A stretch of DNA of 25,880 bases from positions 1 through 25,880 of the forward strand of contig JANLPS010000131.1 of the NCBI GenBank assembly GCA_031367385.1, read 5' to 3'. Both the position numbers and the translations under genes were made by a program. Shown here in pieces: positions 1 through 7,534 of the stretch; the stretch's first letter is position 1; every line of letters starts with the position of its first letter. A model generated the notes under the pieces. It was not told the origin of the DNA, ran no database searches, and saw only the letters and a list, made by a program, of their open reading frames with translations. The DNA is from Archangium sp. (GTDB lineage: Bacteria; Myxococcota; Myxococcia; Myxococcales; Myxococcaceae).

Positions 1-76
1 TAGTAGGGCGCGACACTCATGTAATCGTGTTTGTCCCCGCTCGGCGGAATAGTCCGCCCCCTCGCTGCCAGCCGGG

Positions 77-328
77 GTGCCCGTACAGGCGGGCGACATC
101 GTTCACTTTCCCGCCAAACGGCACGTCGGGTACCTGTACCAAGACAACCCGCCGCTGGGGGTGCTCGACGAGTCAGACCTGCTGCTCCACACCTGCTGGG
201 ACACGCCGAAGATCGAAAAGCTCGGTGAGGTGGGTGCGTGTGCGTCTGCGCCGTGGAGAGTGCTGCGTTTTGCTGAACCGAAAGCCCTCGGCGCACGTAC
301 GCTTGCCCCGAATGGTGAACATCGGTAG
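77..328 (+). pseudogene. Probable 3' remnant of an NlpC/P60-like (papain-fold) gene
   Basis: Translation GDIVHF..HVGYL...LLLH...WRVLR resembles the C-terminal half of NlpC/P60 domains (GD-hydrophobic-F, HVG). Codons are GC3-rich over ~86-230. An in-frame TAG at 50-52 truncates it, and no upstream catalytic Cys is present. Confidence 0.4.
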
Positions 329-779
329 CGAAGCGCCCGATTTTACGGCCCCCACCTCTCGCGGCGATTCGTTGACGCTCTCGAGCCTGCGAGGCCGGCC
401 CATCGTTTTGTATTTCTACCCGAAGGCCTTCACCGGCGGGTGCACCTACGAATCGAAGCGCTTTCGCGACGTCTACCCAGAGATCAAAAAGCTCGGCGGC
501 GAGGTCATCGGCGTCTCTCACGATGCCCTCGACAGCCAATGCAAGTTCTCGGAGTCGCTCGAGCTGCCCTTCGTCTTGGTGCCCGACCCCGAACGCAAGA
601 TCATCGACGCCTACGGAGTCGCGTGGCCGATCATCAAGATGGCCAAGCGGGTCACCTTTCTCATCGACCCGCAGTTCAAGATCTCGAGCTTTTCGCAGCA
701 CGAGGTGCTCATCAACCGCCACGCCGAAGACGTGTTGCTGGGGCTGCGGCAAATGCAGGCGCGCTCCGCGAAGGCCTGA
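312..779 (+). CDS. bcp: Peroxiredoxin, Bcp/PrxQ family (155 aa)
   Basis: APDFTA, VLYFYPKAFTGGCTYE (PxxxTxxC peroxidatic motif), IGVSHD, RVTFLID. ATG 312 chosen because the ORF-track extension 27-311 does not look like protein. Confidence 0.93.
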   Translation: MVNIGSEAPDFTAPTSRGDSLTLSSLRGRPIVLYFYPKAFTGGCTYESKRFRDVYPEIKKLGGEVIGVSHDALDSQCKFSESLELPFVLVPDPERKIIDAYGVAWPIIKMAKRVTFLIDPQFKISSFSQHEVLINRHAEDVLLGLRQMQARSAKA

Positions 780-788
780 AGGCGTTTT

Positions 789-2204
789 TTAGAGCGAGGC
801 GAGCCAGCGCTCGAACTCGGGGTTGCCCCGCAGCGCCTTCAAGTCAGGGTCTGACGACGCCTTCTCGGCATCGGCGAACCCATTCTGCGCCGCGAGCACC
901 AGGCAGCGCATCGCCGCCGCTGAGTCTCCACCGAGCGCCCACGCGCACGCCGCGGTGTAGGCCGCGCCCGAGGTCGGCTCTTCTCGAAATGACGCCTCGG
1001 CCATCGCCGCCGCCTGGGCGTACTCACCCCGCACGAAGTGCACTCGCTCGGCCGCCGCGAAGGCCAACGCCAGTCGCACCTCGGGCAACCGCCGCGCTTC
1101 CTGCTCGTGACCGGCGCGAATCAACGCTCCCGCCCACTCGTGGCGAATCACCGCGTCGCCGCTCTGGGCCGCTTTCTCCCACAGGGGCAGAGCACCGCGC
1201 TCGTCACCGGCCAGTGAATGCGCCGCCGCCAACGCGTGCGCGGGCACCGTCGCATCTTCGGCTTGCGTGAACTCCTCGAGCGCTCGGGCGCCCTGGCCGC
1301 GCTTGACCGCGACCCACCCGAGCACCGCGTGGGCCCGCGAAGCCAAGGCTGAAGGGGCGTGGGCTTGCAGCACGCCGGTCGCCAGCAGCTCGGCCTCGTC
1401 GAGCTGGCCCTCTTTCGCGTGCGCTTCGGCCTTCGTGAGGGTGAGCGCCGCCGGGTGCGCCGCCGGGCCGGCTGGGGCCTCGCCGCGCAAGTACGCTCGA
1501 ATCTGCCAGGCCGAGCGAAACCCGTAGAGCGAGAACAAGAACGCCAAGATCGGCCCGTTGCCCAGCAGCCCGACACCCACCGCGAGCAGACACAGCGCGA
1601 GCGTCAAGATCTGCGCGAACAGGTAGCCACGTCGGCCGAAGAGCCGCATCAACAGCACCCGCGAGATGGCGCCCCCATCGAGGGGGGCAACGGGCACCAG
1701 GTTGAGCCCCGCCCAGAACAGATTGGCGACAAAGGCCCCTTCGAGCGCATACGAGAGCGCCTCTGGAGCAGCCGCACCGCTCACCACGACGCCCAGCTTC
1801 GCCAACAACCCGAAGGCGAAGCCGAACACCGGCCCCGCGACGACGATGGCCAGCTCGTGGTGCCAGGGGAGGGTCACCGGAGCGCCCGGCGCCTTGGGCA
1901 GGGTCTGGGTCACGCCTCCGAGGCCCATCAGCTGAATCACCGCGTTGTAGCCAAAGGCGCGCGAGGCCAGCGCGTGCCCGAGCTCGTGCACCAGCACCGA
2001 CAGCGAGATGATCGCCACCCAGATGAAGGTGACGATGGCCAGGGTCACGTGGTTGTCGGGGTGGTGGGTGTCTCCTAAAATCGCCGAGGGCCAGCGACCA
2101 TCGCCAGGCAGGGCCTGGGCAAACGACAGCGCGAGCCAGCCGCTGATCAAGAAGTGGCTCGCATGCACCAGCACCGGTATGGGGCCGACTCGAAAGCGGA
2201 ACAC
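789..2204 (-). CDS. Site-2 protease (peptidase M50) with C-terminal TPR-like helical repeats
   Basis: HELGH zinc motif within a TM helix, AGP motif, NLVPVAPLDGG third-ligand motif, several TM segments. The Ala-rich helical C-terminus ends AYTAACAWAL...DPDLKALR. Confidence 0.92.
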   Translation of the reverse strand: MFRFRVGPIPVLVHASHFLISGWLALSFAQALPGDGRWPSAILGDTHHPDNHVTLAIVTFIWVAIISLSVLVHELGHALASRAFGYNAVIQLMGLGGVTQTLPKAPGAPVTLPWHHELAIVVAGPVFGFAFGLLAKLGVVVSGAAAPEALSYALEGAFVANLFWAGLNLVPVAPLDGGAISRVLLMRLFGRRGYLFAQILTLALCLLAVGVGLLGNGPILAFLFSLYGFRSAWQIRAYLRGEAPAGPAAHPAALTLTKAEAHAKEGQLDEAELLATGVLQAHAPSALASRAHAVLGWVAVKRGQGARALEEFTQAEDATVPAHALAAAHSLAGDERGALPLWEKAAQSGDAVIRHEWAGALIRAGHEQEARRLPEVRLALAFAAAERVHFVRGEYAQAAAMAEASFREEPTSGAAYTAACAWALGGDSAAAMRCLVLAAQNGFADAEKASSDPDLKALRGNPEFERWLASL

Positions 2205-2302
2205 GGGAGCGCACGAATAACACGGGCTTCGAGCCCCCGCTTCGCTCCGCGGCCGGGGGAGGTGACGGGCGGTGAATTGCGCGCTACGAGCCGCTTCAAC
2301 AG

Positions 2303-3370
2303 ATGCTTCCCATCGGGCCCTACACGCTGAAGAACCGCTTCATTCTCGCGCCGATGGCGGGGGTGAGCGAGATGCCGTTTCGCAGCCTCGCCTTTCGCAT
2401 GGGCGCGGCGCTCTGCCCGACTGAGTTGGTCAGCGCCCAGGGGCTCTTTCGCATCAACACCCGCACCCTGCGCTACCTGCGCTACGACCCGGTCATCGAG
2501 CGCCCCTACTCGCTGCAGATCTTCGGAGGCGAGCCCGAGGTGATGGCCAAGGCCGCCGTCATCGGCAAGCAATACGGCGCGCAGATCATCGACATCAACA
2601 TGGGCTGCCCGGTGAAGAAGGTCACCAAGACGGGCGCAGGCTCTGGCCTGATGTGCGACCCCGCGCGTGCGGGTGAAATCATTCGCCTGATTCGCGAAGC
2701 GACCGGGCTGCCGGTGACCGCGAAGATTCGCTCGGGGTGGGACGCGAACAACCGCAACTACCTGCAGATGGCCGACGCCCTCGGAGCCGCCGGCGTGGCG
2801 GCGTTGGCGATGCACGCCCGCACCCGGGCGCAGGGCTATTCAGGCCAGGCCGATTGGTCGCTGATCGCCGACTTGAAGCGCCACGTGGGCTCGGCTTTTC
2901 CCATCATCGGCAATGGCGACGTCAAGACGGTGGCTGACGCGACGCGCATGCACGAGACCACCGGCTGCGACTACGTGATGATCGGCCGTGGCGCCCTCGG
3001 CAACCCGTGGGTCTTTCGCGAGCTGCTCGGCGGCGAGAAGCCCGACAACACCGAGCGCTGCGAGGTGGTGCTGCGCCATTTTCAAGAGCACCTGGTCTTC
3101 TCGGCAGAGGCCCGGGTCTCGCGCGAGGTGCTCACGCCCGAAGAAGAAGCGGTGCGCAATGAGCAGGCCGGCGTGCGCTCGTTTCGCAACCACCTGGCCT
3201 GGTACGCCCACGGCTTGCGTGGCGCGTCGGTGTTTCGCAACCGCATCAACACCATCGAGACCAAGGCGGCGGTCGAGAGCGCGCTCGAGGAGTTTTTCTT
3301 GGGCACCGAGACCGACGTGATGGCGGCCGGGTCGGAGCATGAGCTCGATTATCGAACTGCGCTGGGCTGA
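2303..3370 (+). CDS. dusB: tRNA-dihydrouridine synthase B
   Basis: LAPMAGVS, LQIFG, IDINMGCPVKKV, VTAKIRSGWD, HARTRAQGYSGQADW, IGNGDV, VMIGRGALGNPW. Confidence 0.96.
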   Translation: MLPIGPYTLKNRFILAPMAGVSEMPFRSLAFRMGAALCPTELVSAQGLFRINTRTLRYLRYDPVIERPYSLQIFGGEPEVMAKAAVIGKQYGAQIIDINMGCPVKKVTKTGAGSGLMCDPARAGEIIRLIREATGLPVTAKIRSGWDANNRNYLQMADALGAAGVAALAMHARTRAQGYSGQADWSLIADLKRHVGSAFPIIGNGDVKTVADATRMHETTGCDYVMIGRGALGNPWVFRELLGGEKPDNTERCEVVLRHFQEHLVFSAEARVSREVLTPEEEAVRNEQAGVRSFRNHLAWYAHGLRGASVFRNRINTIETKAAVESALEEFFLGTETDVMAAGSEHELDYRTALG

Positions 3371-3420
3371 GTCATCTGGGTGCTGACGCGTCGAGCGGCC
3401 TGAGGTAAGGGCCTACGGCC

Positions 3421-4431
3421 TTGCGGTCATTTCTGCCAGCCGTCGTCGCCGTGGCCGTGTTGGCGGTGCTGCAATTCGCGCTGAAATCACAGCCGTTTTA
3501 CGCGAACCTGGCCTGTCTGGTCGGCGTGAACGTCGTGCTGGCGGTCTCGCTCAACGTCATCAACGGCATGACCGGCCAGTTCAGCATCGGCCACGCCGGG
3601 TTCATGGCGGCCGGGGCTTACTGCTCGGGCATGCTGTCGATTGGCCTCAAAGACTACAAGGTCGGGTTCTTGGGCGACGGCGTGTCTGATCAGCTGTTTC
3701 TGGTCATCGCGTTGCTGGCTGGGGGCGCCTTCGCCGGCCTCTGCGGCTTCGTGGTCGGCCTGCCCAGCCTGCGGCTCAAGGGCGACTACCTGGCGATCGT
3801 GACCCTGGGCTTCGGAGAGATCATTCGGGTCGTGGTGCAGAACAGCAATGCCTTGGGCGGCGCGCTCGGGCTTTCGACCATTCCCCAGACCGGGTCGGTG
3901 TTCATGGTCTGGTTCTGGGTCTTCGTGGTGGTGCTCTTCGCCCGGCGCCTGGCCTTCTCGCCGCACGGCCGAAACCTGTGGGCCATTCGCGAAGACGAGA
4001 TCGCCGCCGAGGCGATGGGGGTCGACACCACCGCGTACAAGGTGCGCTCCTTCGTGGCCTCGAGCTTCTTCGCGGGCATCGCCGGCGGCCTGTTCGCGCA
4101 CTTCGTGCCGTTGATCAGCCCCGGCCAGTTCACCTTCGTTCGCTCGATGGAGATCGTCGTGATGGTCGTCGCCGGCGGCTTGGGCTCGACCACTGGAGCC
4201 GTGGTGGCGGCGGTGTTCTTGACCTTGCTGCCCGAGGGGCTGCGCACCGTGTTTCAGAACCTGGGCGGCGCCGATTCGTCGCTGGCCTCGAAGGTCGACC
4301 AAATTCGAATGCCGATCTACGGCGTGCTGCTGGTGGTGATCATGCTCACCCGGCCGCAGGGCATCTTCGGCACGGCCGAAGCGTGGGATTTGTTCGGCAA
4401 GAAGAAACAGCAGAAGCCGGTGGGGCCGTGA
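3421..4431 (+). CDS. livM: Branched-chain amino acid ABC transporter permease, LivM type
   Basis: GMTGQFSIGHAGFMAAGAY, LRLKGDYLAIVTLGFGEI, AIREDEIAAEAMGV, GGLGSTTG. TTG start. Confidence 0.93.
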   Translation: MRSFLPAVVAVAVLAVLQFALKSQPFYANLACLVGVNVVLAVSLNVINGMTGQFSIGHAGFMAAGAYCSGMLSIGLKDYKVGFLGDGVSDQLFLVIALLAGGAFAGLCGFVVGLPSLRLKGDYLAIVTLGFGEIIRVVVQNSNALGGALGLSTIPQTGSVFMVWFWVFVVVLFARRLAFSPHGRNLWAIREDEIAAEAMGVDTTAYKVRSFVASSFFAGIAGGLFAHFVPLISPGQFTFVRSMEIVVMVVAGGLGSTTGAVVAAVFLTLLPEGLRTVFQNLGGADSSLASKVDQIRMPIYGVLLVVIMLTRPQGIFGTAEAWDLFGKKKQQKPVGP

Positions 4432-5303
4432 GCGGCGAGGTGTTGCTCGACGTGCAGAAGGTGAGCATGGCCTTCGGCGGCCTCAAGGCGCTGACCGATT
4501 TTTCGCTGCAGATCTGCCGGGGTGATTTGCAGGGGTTGATCGGCCCCAACGGCGCGGGCAAGACCACGGCGTTCAACGTGCTCACCGGCGTGTACCTGCC
4601 GACCGAGGGCGCGGTGATGGTCGGCAGCGAGCGCATCAATGGGCGGAGGCCGCATGAGATCAACCGGCTCGGCGTGGCGCGCACGTTTCAGAACATTCGG
4701 TTGTTCAAGCAGCTGACCGTGCTCGACAACATTCGCATCGCCATCGCGGCCGAGTCGTCGGGCGGGTTCGACGCGGTTCGGCTGCAGCGGCTCAAGCACG
4801 GGCCCTTGCCCTCGCGGCTGTTCGGCACCGCGCTCGAGGCGCTCAACAATTACCGAGACTGGTGGCGGGCCTGCCTGCTGACGCCCGGCTTCTTGCGAGA
4901 AGAAGTGCGCATCACCGCCAAGGCCGATGAGCTGCTGCAGGTGATGGGGCTGGCGCACCGGCGCGACGAGCTGGCCAAGAACCTGCCCTACGGGGAGCAG
5001 CGGCGGCTCGAAATCGCGCGCGCGCTGGGCACCAAGCCCAAGGTGCTGCTGCTCGACGAGCCGGCGGCGGGCATGAACACCCGCGAGAAGGCCGACTTGA
5101 TGGTGCTGATTCGCCAGCTGCGAACCCAATTCGAGCTGGGCGTGCTGGTGATCGAGCACGACATGAAGCTGGTGATGGGTATTTGCGAGAAGCTCACCGT
5201 GCTCGACCACGGCGAGACGATTTCAACCGGGGCGCCCGCGACGGTGCGCGCTGACCCGAAGGTGATCGAAGCGTATCTGGGGGAGGCTCCCGCGCATGCC
5301 TGA
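4428..5303 (+). CDS. livG: Branched-chain amino acid ABC transporter ATPase, LivG type (291 aa)
   Basis: GTGA start/stop overlap with livM at 4428-4431. Walker A GPNGAGKT, ARTFQNIRLF, LPYGEQRRLEIARAL, LLLDEPAAG, IEHDM, VIEAYLG. Confidence 0.94.
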   Translation: MSGEVLLDVQKVSMAFGGLKALTDFSLQICRGDLQGLIGPNGAGKTTAFNVLTGVYLPTEGAVMVGSERINGRRPHEINRLGVARTFQNIRLFKQLTVLDNIRIAIAAESSGGFDAVRLQRLKHGPLPSRLFGTALEALNNYRDWWRACLLTPGFLREEVRITAKADELLQVMGLAHRRDELAKNLPYGEQRRLEIARALGTKPKVLLLDEPAAGMNTREKADLMVLIRQLRTQFELGVLVIEHDMKLVMGICEKLTVLDHGETISTGAPATVRADPKVIEAYLGEAPAHA

Positions 5304-6039
5304 GCATCTGGGCACTCGAGGCAGCCGCGAGCCGTTGCTCGACGTGGCCGAGATCTCGGTCTCGTACGGGGCGATTACCGCGCTCAAGGGCGTCTCGCTG
5401 TCGGTGGGCAAGGGCGAGGTCGTCGCGTTGATCGGCGCGAATGGCGCGGGCAAGACCAGCACCCTGCGCGCGGTGTCGGGCATGCTCAAGCCCATCGCCG
5501 GCCACATTCGGCTGCGCGGGCAAGACGTGACGGGCCTCAAGTCGAACCAATTGGTGCCCAAGGGGTTGGCGCACGCTCCAGAGGGGCGCGGCATTTTTCC
5601 CAACCTGACCGTGCAGGAGAACTTGGACCTGGGCGCGTATCTGCGGCGTGACACGGCGGAGATCGCCGCCGACCTGGAGAAGAGCTTCGGCCTGTTTCCC
5701 CGGCTCAAGGAGCGGCGCGCGCAGCTGGCCGGCACCCTCTCTGGTGGCGAGCAGCAGATGTTGTCGATTTCGCGGGCGCTGATGTCGCGGCCGACGCTGC
5801 TGCTGCTCGATGAGCCGTCGCTCGGGTTGGCGCCGCAGGTGACGCAGACGATTTTTCGAATTCTGCGCGAGGTGAACGCGCAGGGCATGTCGATTTTGCT
5901 GGTCGAGCAGAACGCGCACCTGGCGCTCGAGCTGGCGCACTGGGCCTACGTGCTCGAGACGGGTGAAATCGCGATGCAGGGCACCGGCAAAGAGCTGCTG
6001 GCCTCAGAGGCGATTCGCAAGGCGTACCTGGGCGAATAG
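5296..6039 (+). CDS. livF: Branched-chain amino acid ABC transporter ATPase, LivF type
   Basis: GANGAGKT, PEGRGIF, LSGGEQQML, LDEPSLGLAP, LLVEQN, AYVLETG, KAYLG. Overlaps the livG stop by 8 nt. Confidence 0.95.
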   Translation: MPEHLGTRGSREPLLDVAEISVSYGAITALKGVSLSVGKGEVVALIGANGAGKTSTLRAVSGMLKPIAGHIRLRGQDVTGLKSNQLVPKGLAHAPEGRGIFPNLTVQENLDLGAYLRRDTAEIAADLEKSFGLFPRLKERRAQLAGTLSGGEQQMLSISRALMSRPTLLLLDEPSLGLAPQVTQTIFRILREVNAQGMSILLVEQNAHLALELAHWAYVLETGEIAMQGTGKELLASEAIRKAYLGE

Positions 6040-6068
6040 GTCGAGATTGTTCGCGTTTTCGCCCGAAG

Positions 6069-6132
6069 CGAACTTTCAAAGTGACGAACTTGTCATGTTG
6101 AAAGTGACGTCTCGGTCACTTTGAAAGTGACG
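6069..6132. promoter_or_regulatory. Three phased 17-bp palindromic sites (putative operator array)
   Basis: AAAGTGACG at 6078, 6101 and 6124 (exact 23-bp period). The third site GTCACTTT-G-AAAGTGAC (6115-6131) is a perfect 8-1-8 palindrome. The stretch is AT-rich in a GC-rich background. Confidence 0.6.
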
Positions 6133-6195
6133 TGCTCCTCGTCACGACGAGCGCCATCGCGTTGCTTTCAACCTGCGAGTTGGTAGAGCCGGGCC

Positions 6196-6444
6196 ATGCG
6201 TGTTTTCCTCGTCGGTCTGGTTGCAGTCGCCTGCCTCGGGTGCGGCGGCGCGGTTCAAGCGGCCGATGCTGGCTGCCCGGCCACCTGGGCGGCGGCGCGC
6301 GCACTCTGCACCAAGCCGTGCGCGCAGAATCTCTCGTGTACTTACCCTGGGGCGGGCGACTGCCCAGTGACGGGGCCGTGCGCTGACGCGCTGCTCTCTT
6401 GCGTGCAGCCAGGCACTGCAGGCCGCTGGGAGTGCGGACAGTAA
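6196..6444 (+). CDS. Small Cys-rich predicted lipoprotein (82 aa)
   Basis: MR start, hydrophobic stretch and lipobox-like CLGC. Eight further Cys, ends WECGQ, contains an ADAG linker motif. Confidence 0.72.
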   Translation: MRVFLVGLVAVACLGCGGAVQAADAGCPATWAAARALCTKPCAQNLSCTYPGAGDCPVTGPCADALLSCVQPGTAGRWECGQ

Positions 6445-6474
6445 CCGAGCAAAGTCGCTTTGGTTCGCGCCTGC

Positions 6475-7527
6475 TCAGTTTCGCACTGACGGTGTCAGCC
6501 AACGCCCGACGAGCGAGCGCCGAATCAGCAGCGCGTAGCTCGCCACCGACGCCACGCTCGCCACCGTTACCACCACCGTGAACTTCACCCACGCGGGCCA
6601 CGGCTCCCGTGCGAGCAGAAGCTGCGTCGACACGACCACCGGGTAGTGCGCCAGGTAGACCCAGTACGACGCCTCGACCAGCCACCGAACGCCGGGTACA
6701 GGAGCACCCGGCATTCTCACCGCGAGCGCGAGCGCACCCAGCACCATCGCCCAGGTCGACAGGGCCCCCCACAGGTACCCAGGCGTCTGCCACTGCAGCG
6801 GCTGCGAATAGACCCAGCACGCTAACCCCAAGCCCACCGGCCCCAGCCACCAGCACCGCCGAAACGCCGCGAGGGTCTCTCGCTGCGCCCACAGCAGCCA
6901 CCCGAGCGCGAAGAACGGCCCGTAGTGCGCGACCGAAGCCAGCTGCGGCACGAAAGAGAACGCTGGCGTCGCCTCGCCCAGCGCCCAGCGCGCGGCGAAG
7001 GTCAGCAGCGCGCCCAGCAACAACCCCTCGGGCCACCGCACCCTCGCGATTCGCACGCCCCGCAGCGGCCAGCAGGCCAGGCTGAACAGAAACGCGTACT
7101 CCAAGAACCACAGGTACAGCGGCCGCGCCCACCCGTCTGAGTGCCCGCGGTACGAAGCGTCGATCAGGCCGCGCTGCTCGGCCCAGGCCTGGGCCCCGCG
7201 GTCGAACGCCACCAGCAGCGGCGCCGCGACGAGCAACGGCACCAGCAGTCGACGCGCGCGATCTCGAACGAAGGCGCGCAGGTCTCCACGCTCGGCGACC
7301 AGGTGCGCGAAGAACCCCGCCAGCACGAAGAAGACCTGCATGCGAGCCGCGTGCAGCACGCTGCCCAGCGTGCCGAACACCACGTCGGTCGACACGTCTT
7401 GCACCAGGTACCAGGGCCCGATGCCAGGCACGTACGCGAAGCTCGCGTGGTACCCGATGCCCAACAGCATCGCGGCCGCGCGCACCACGTCGAGCCCGCC
7501 GAAGCGGGTCGCGGGCCGGTCAGCCAT
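6475..7527 (-). CDS. Acyltransferase family 3 membrane protein, OpgC/MdoC-like
   Basis: LDVVRAAAMLLGIGYH, RMQVFFVLAGFF, RARRLLVP, LWFL, ASYWVYLAHYP; many TM helices. Confidence 0.88.
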   Translation of the reverse strand: MADRPATRFGGLDVVRAAAMLLGIGYHASFAYVPGIGPWYLVQDVSTDVVFGTLGSVLHAARMQVFFVLAGFFAHLVAERGDLRAFVRDRARRLLVPLLVAAPLLVAFDRGAQAWAEQRGLIDASYRGHSDGWARPLYLWFLEYAFLFSLACWPLRGVRIARVRWPEGLLLGALLTFAARWALGEATPAFSFVPQLASVAHYGPFFALGWLLWAQRETLAAFRRCWWLGPVGLGLACWVYSQPLQWQTPGYLWGALSTWAMVLGALALAVRMPGAPVPGVRWLVEASYWVYLAHYPVVVSTQLLLAREPWPAWVKFTVVVTVASVASVASYALLIRRSLVGRWLTPSVRN

Positions 7528-7534
7528 TACCGCT

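Noticed and set aside
27..311. N-terminal extension of the peroxiredoxin ORF
   Set aside because: Not protein-like; the Bcp fold begins at ATG 312.
3978..4427. 150-aa N-terminal extension of LivG
   Set aside because: Arg-rich off-frame read-through of livM; the GTGA coupling at 4428 gives the natural start.
6069..6145. Mini-CRISPR interpretation of the 23-bp repeats
   Set aside because: Spacers are only ~6 bp and there are no cas genes.
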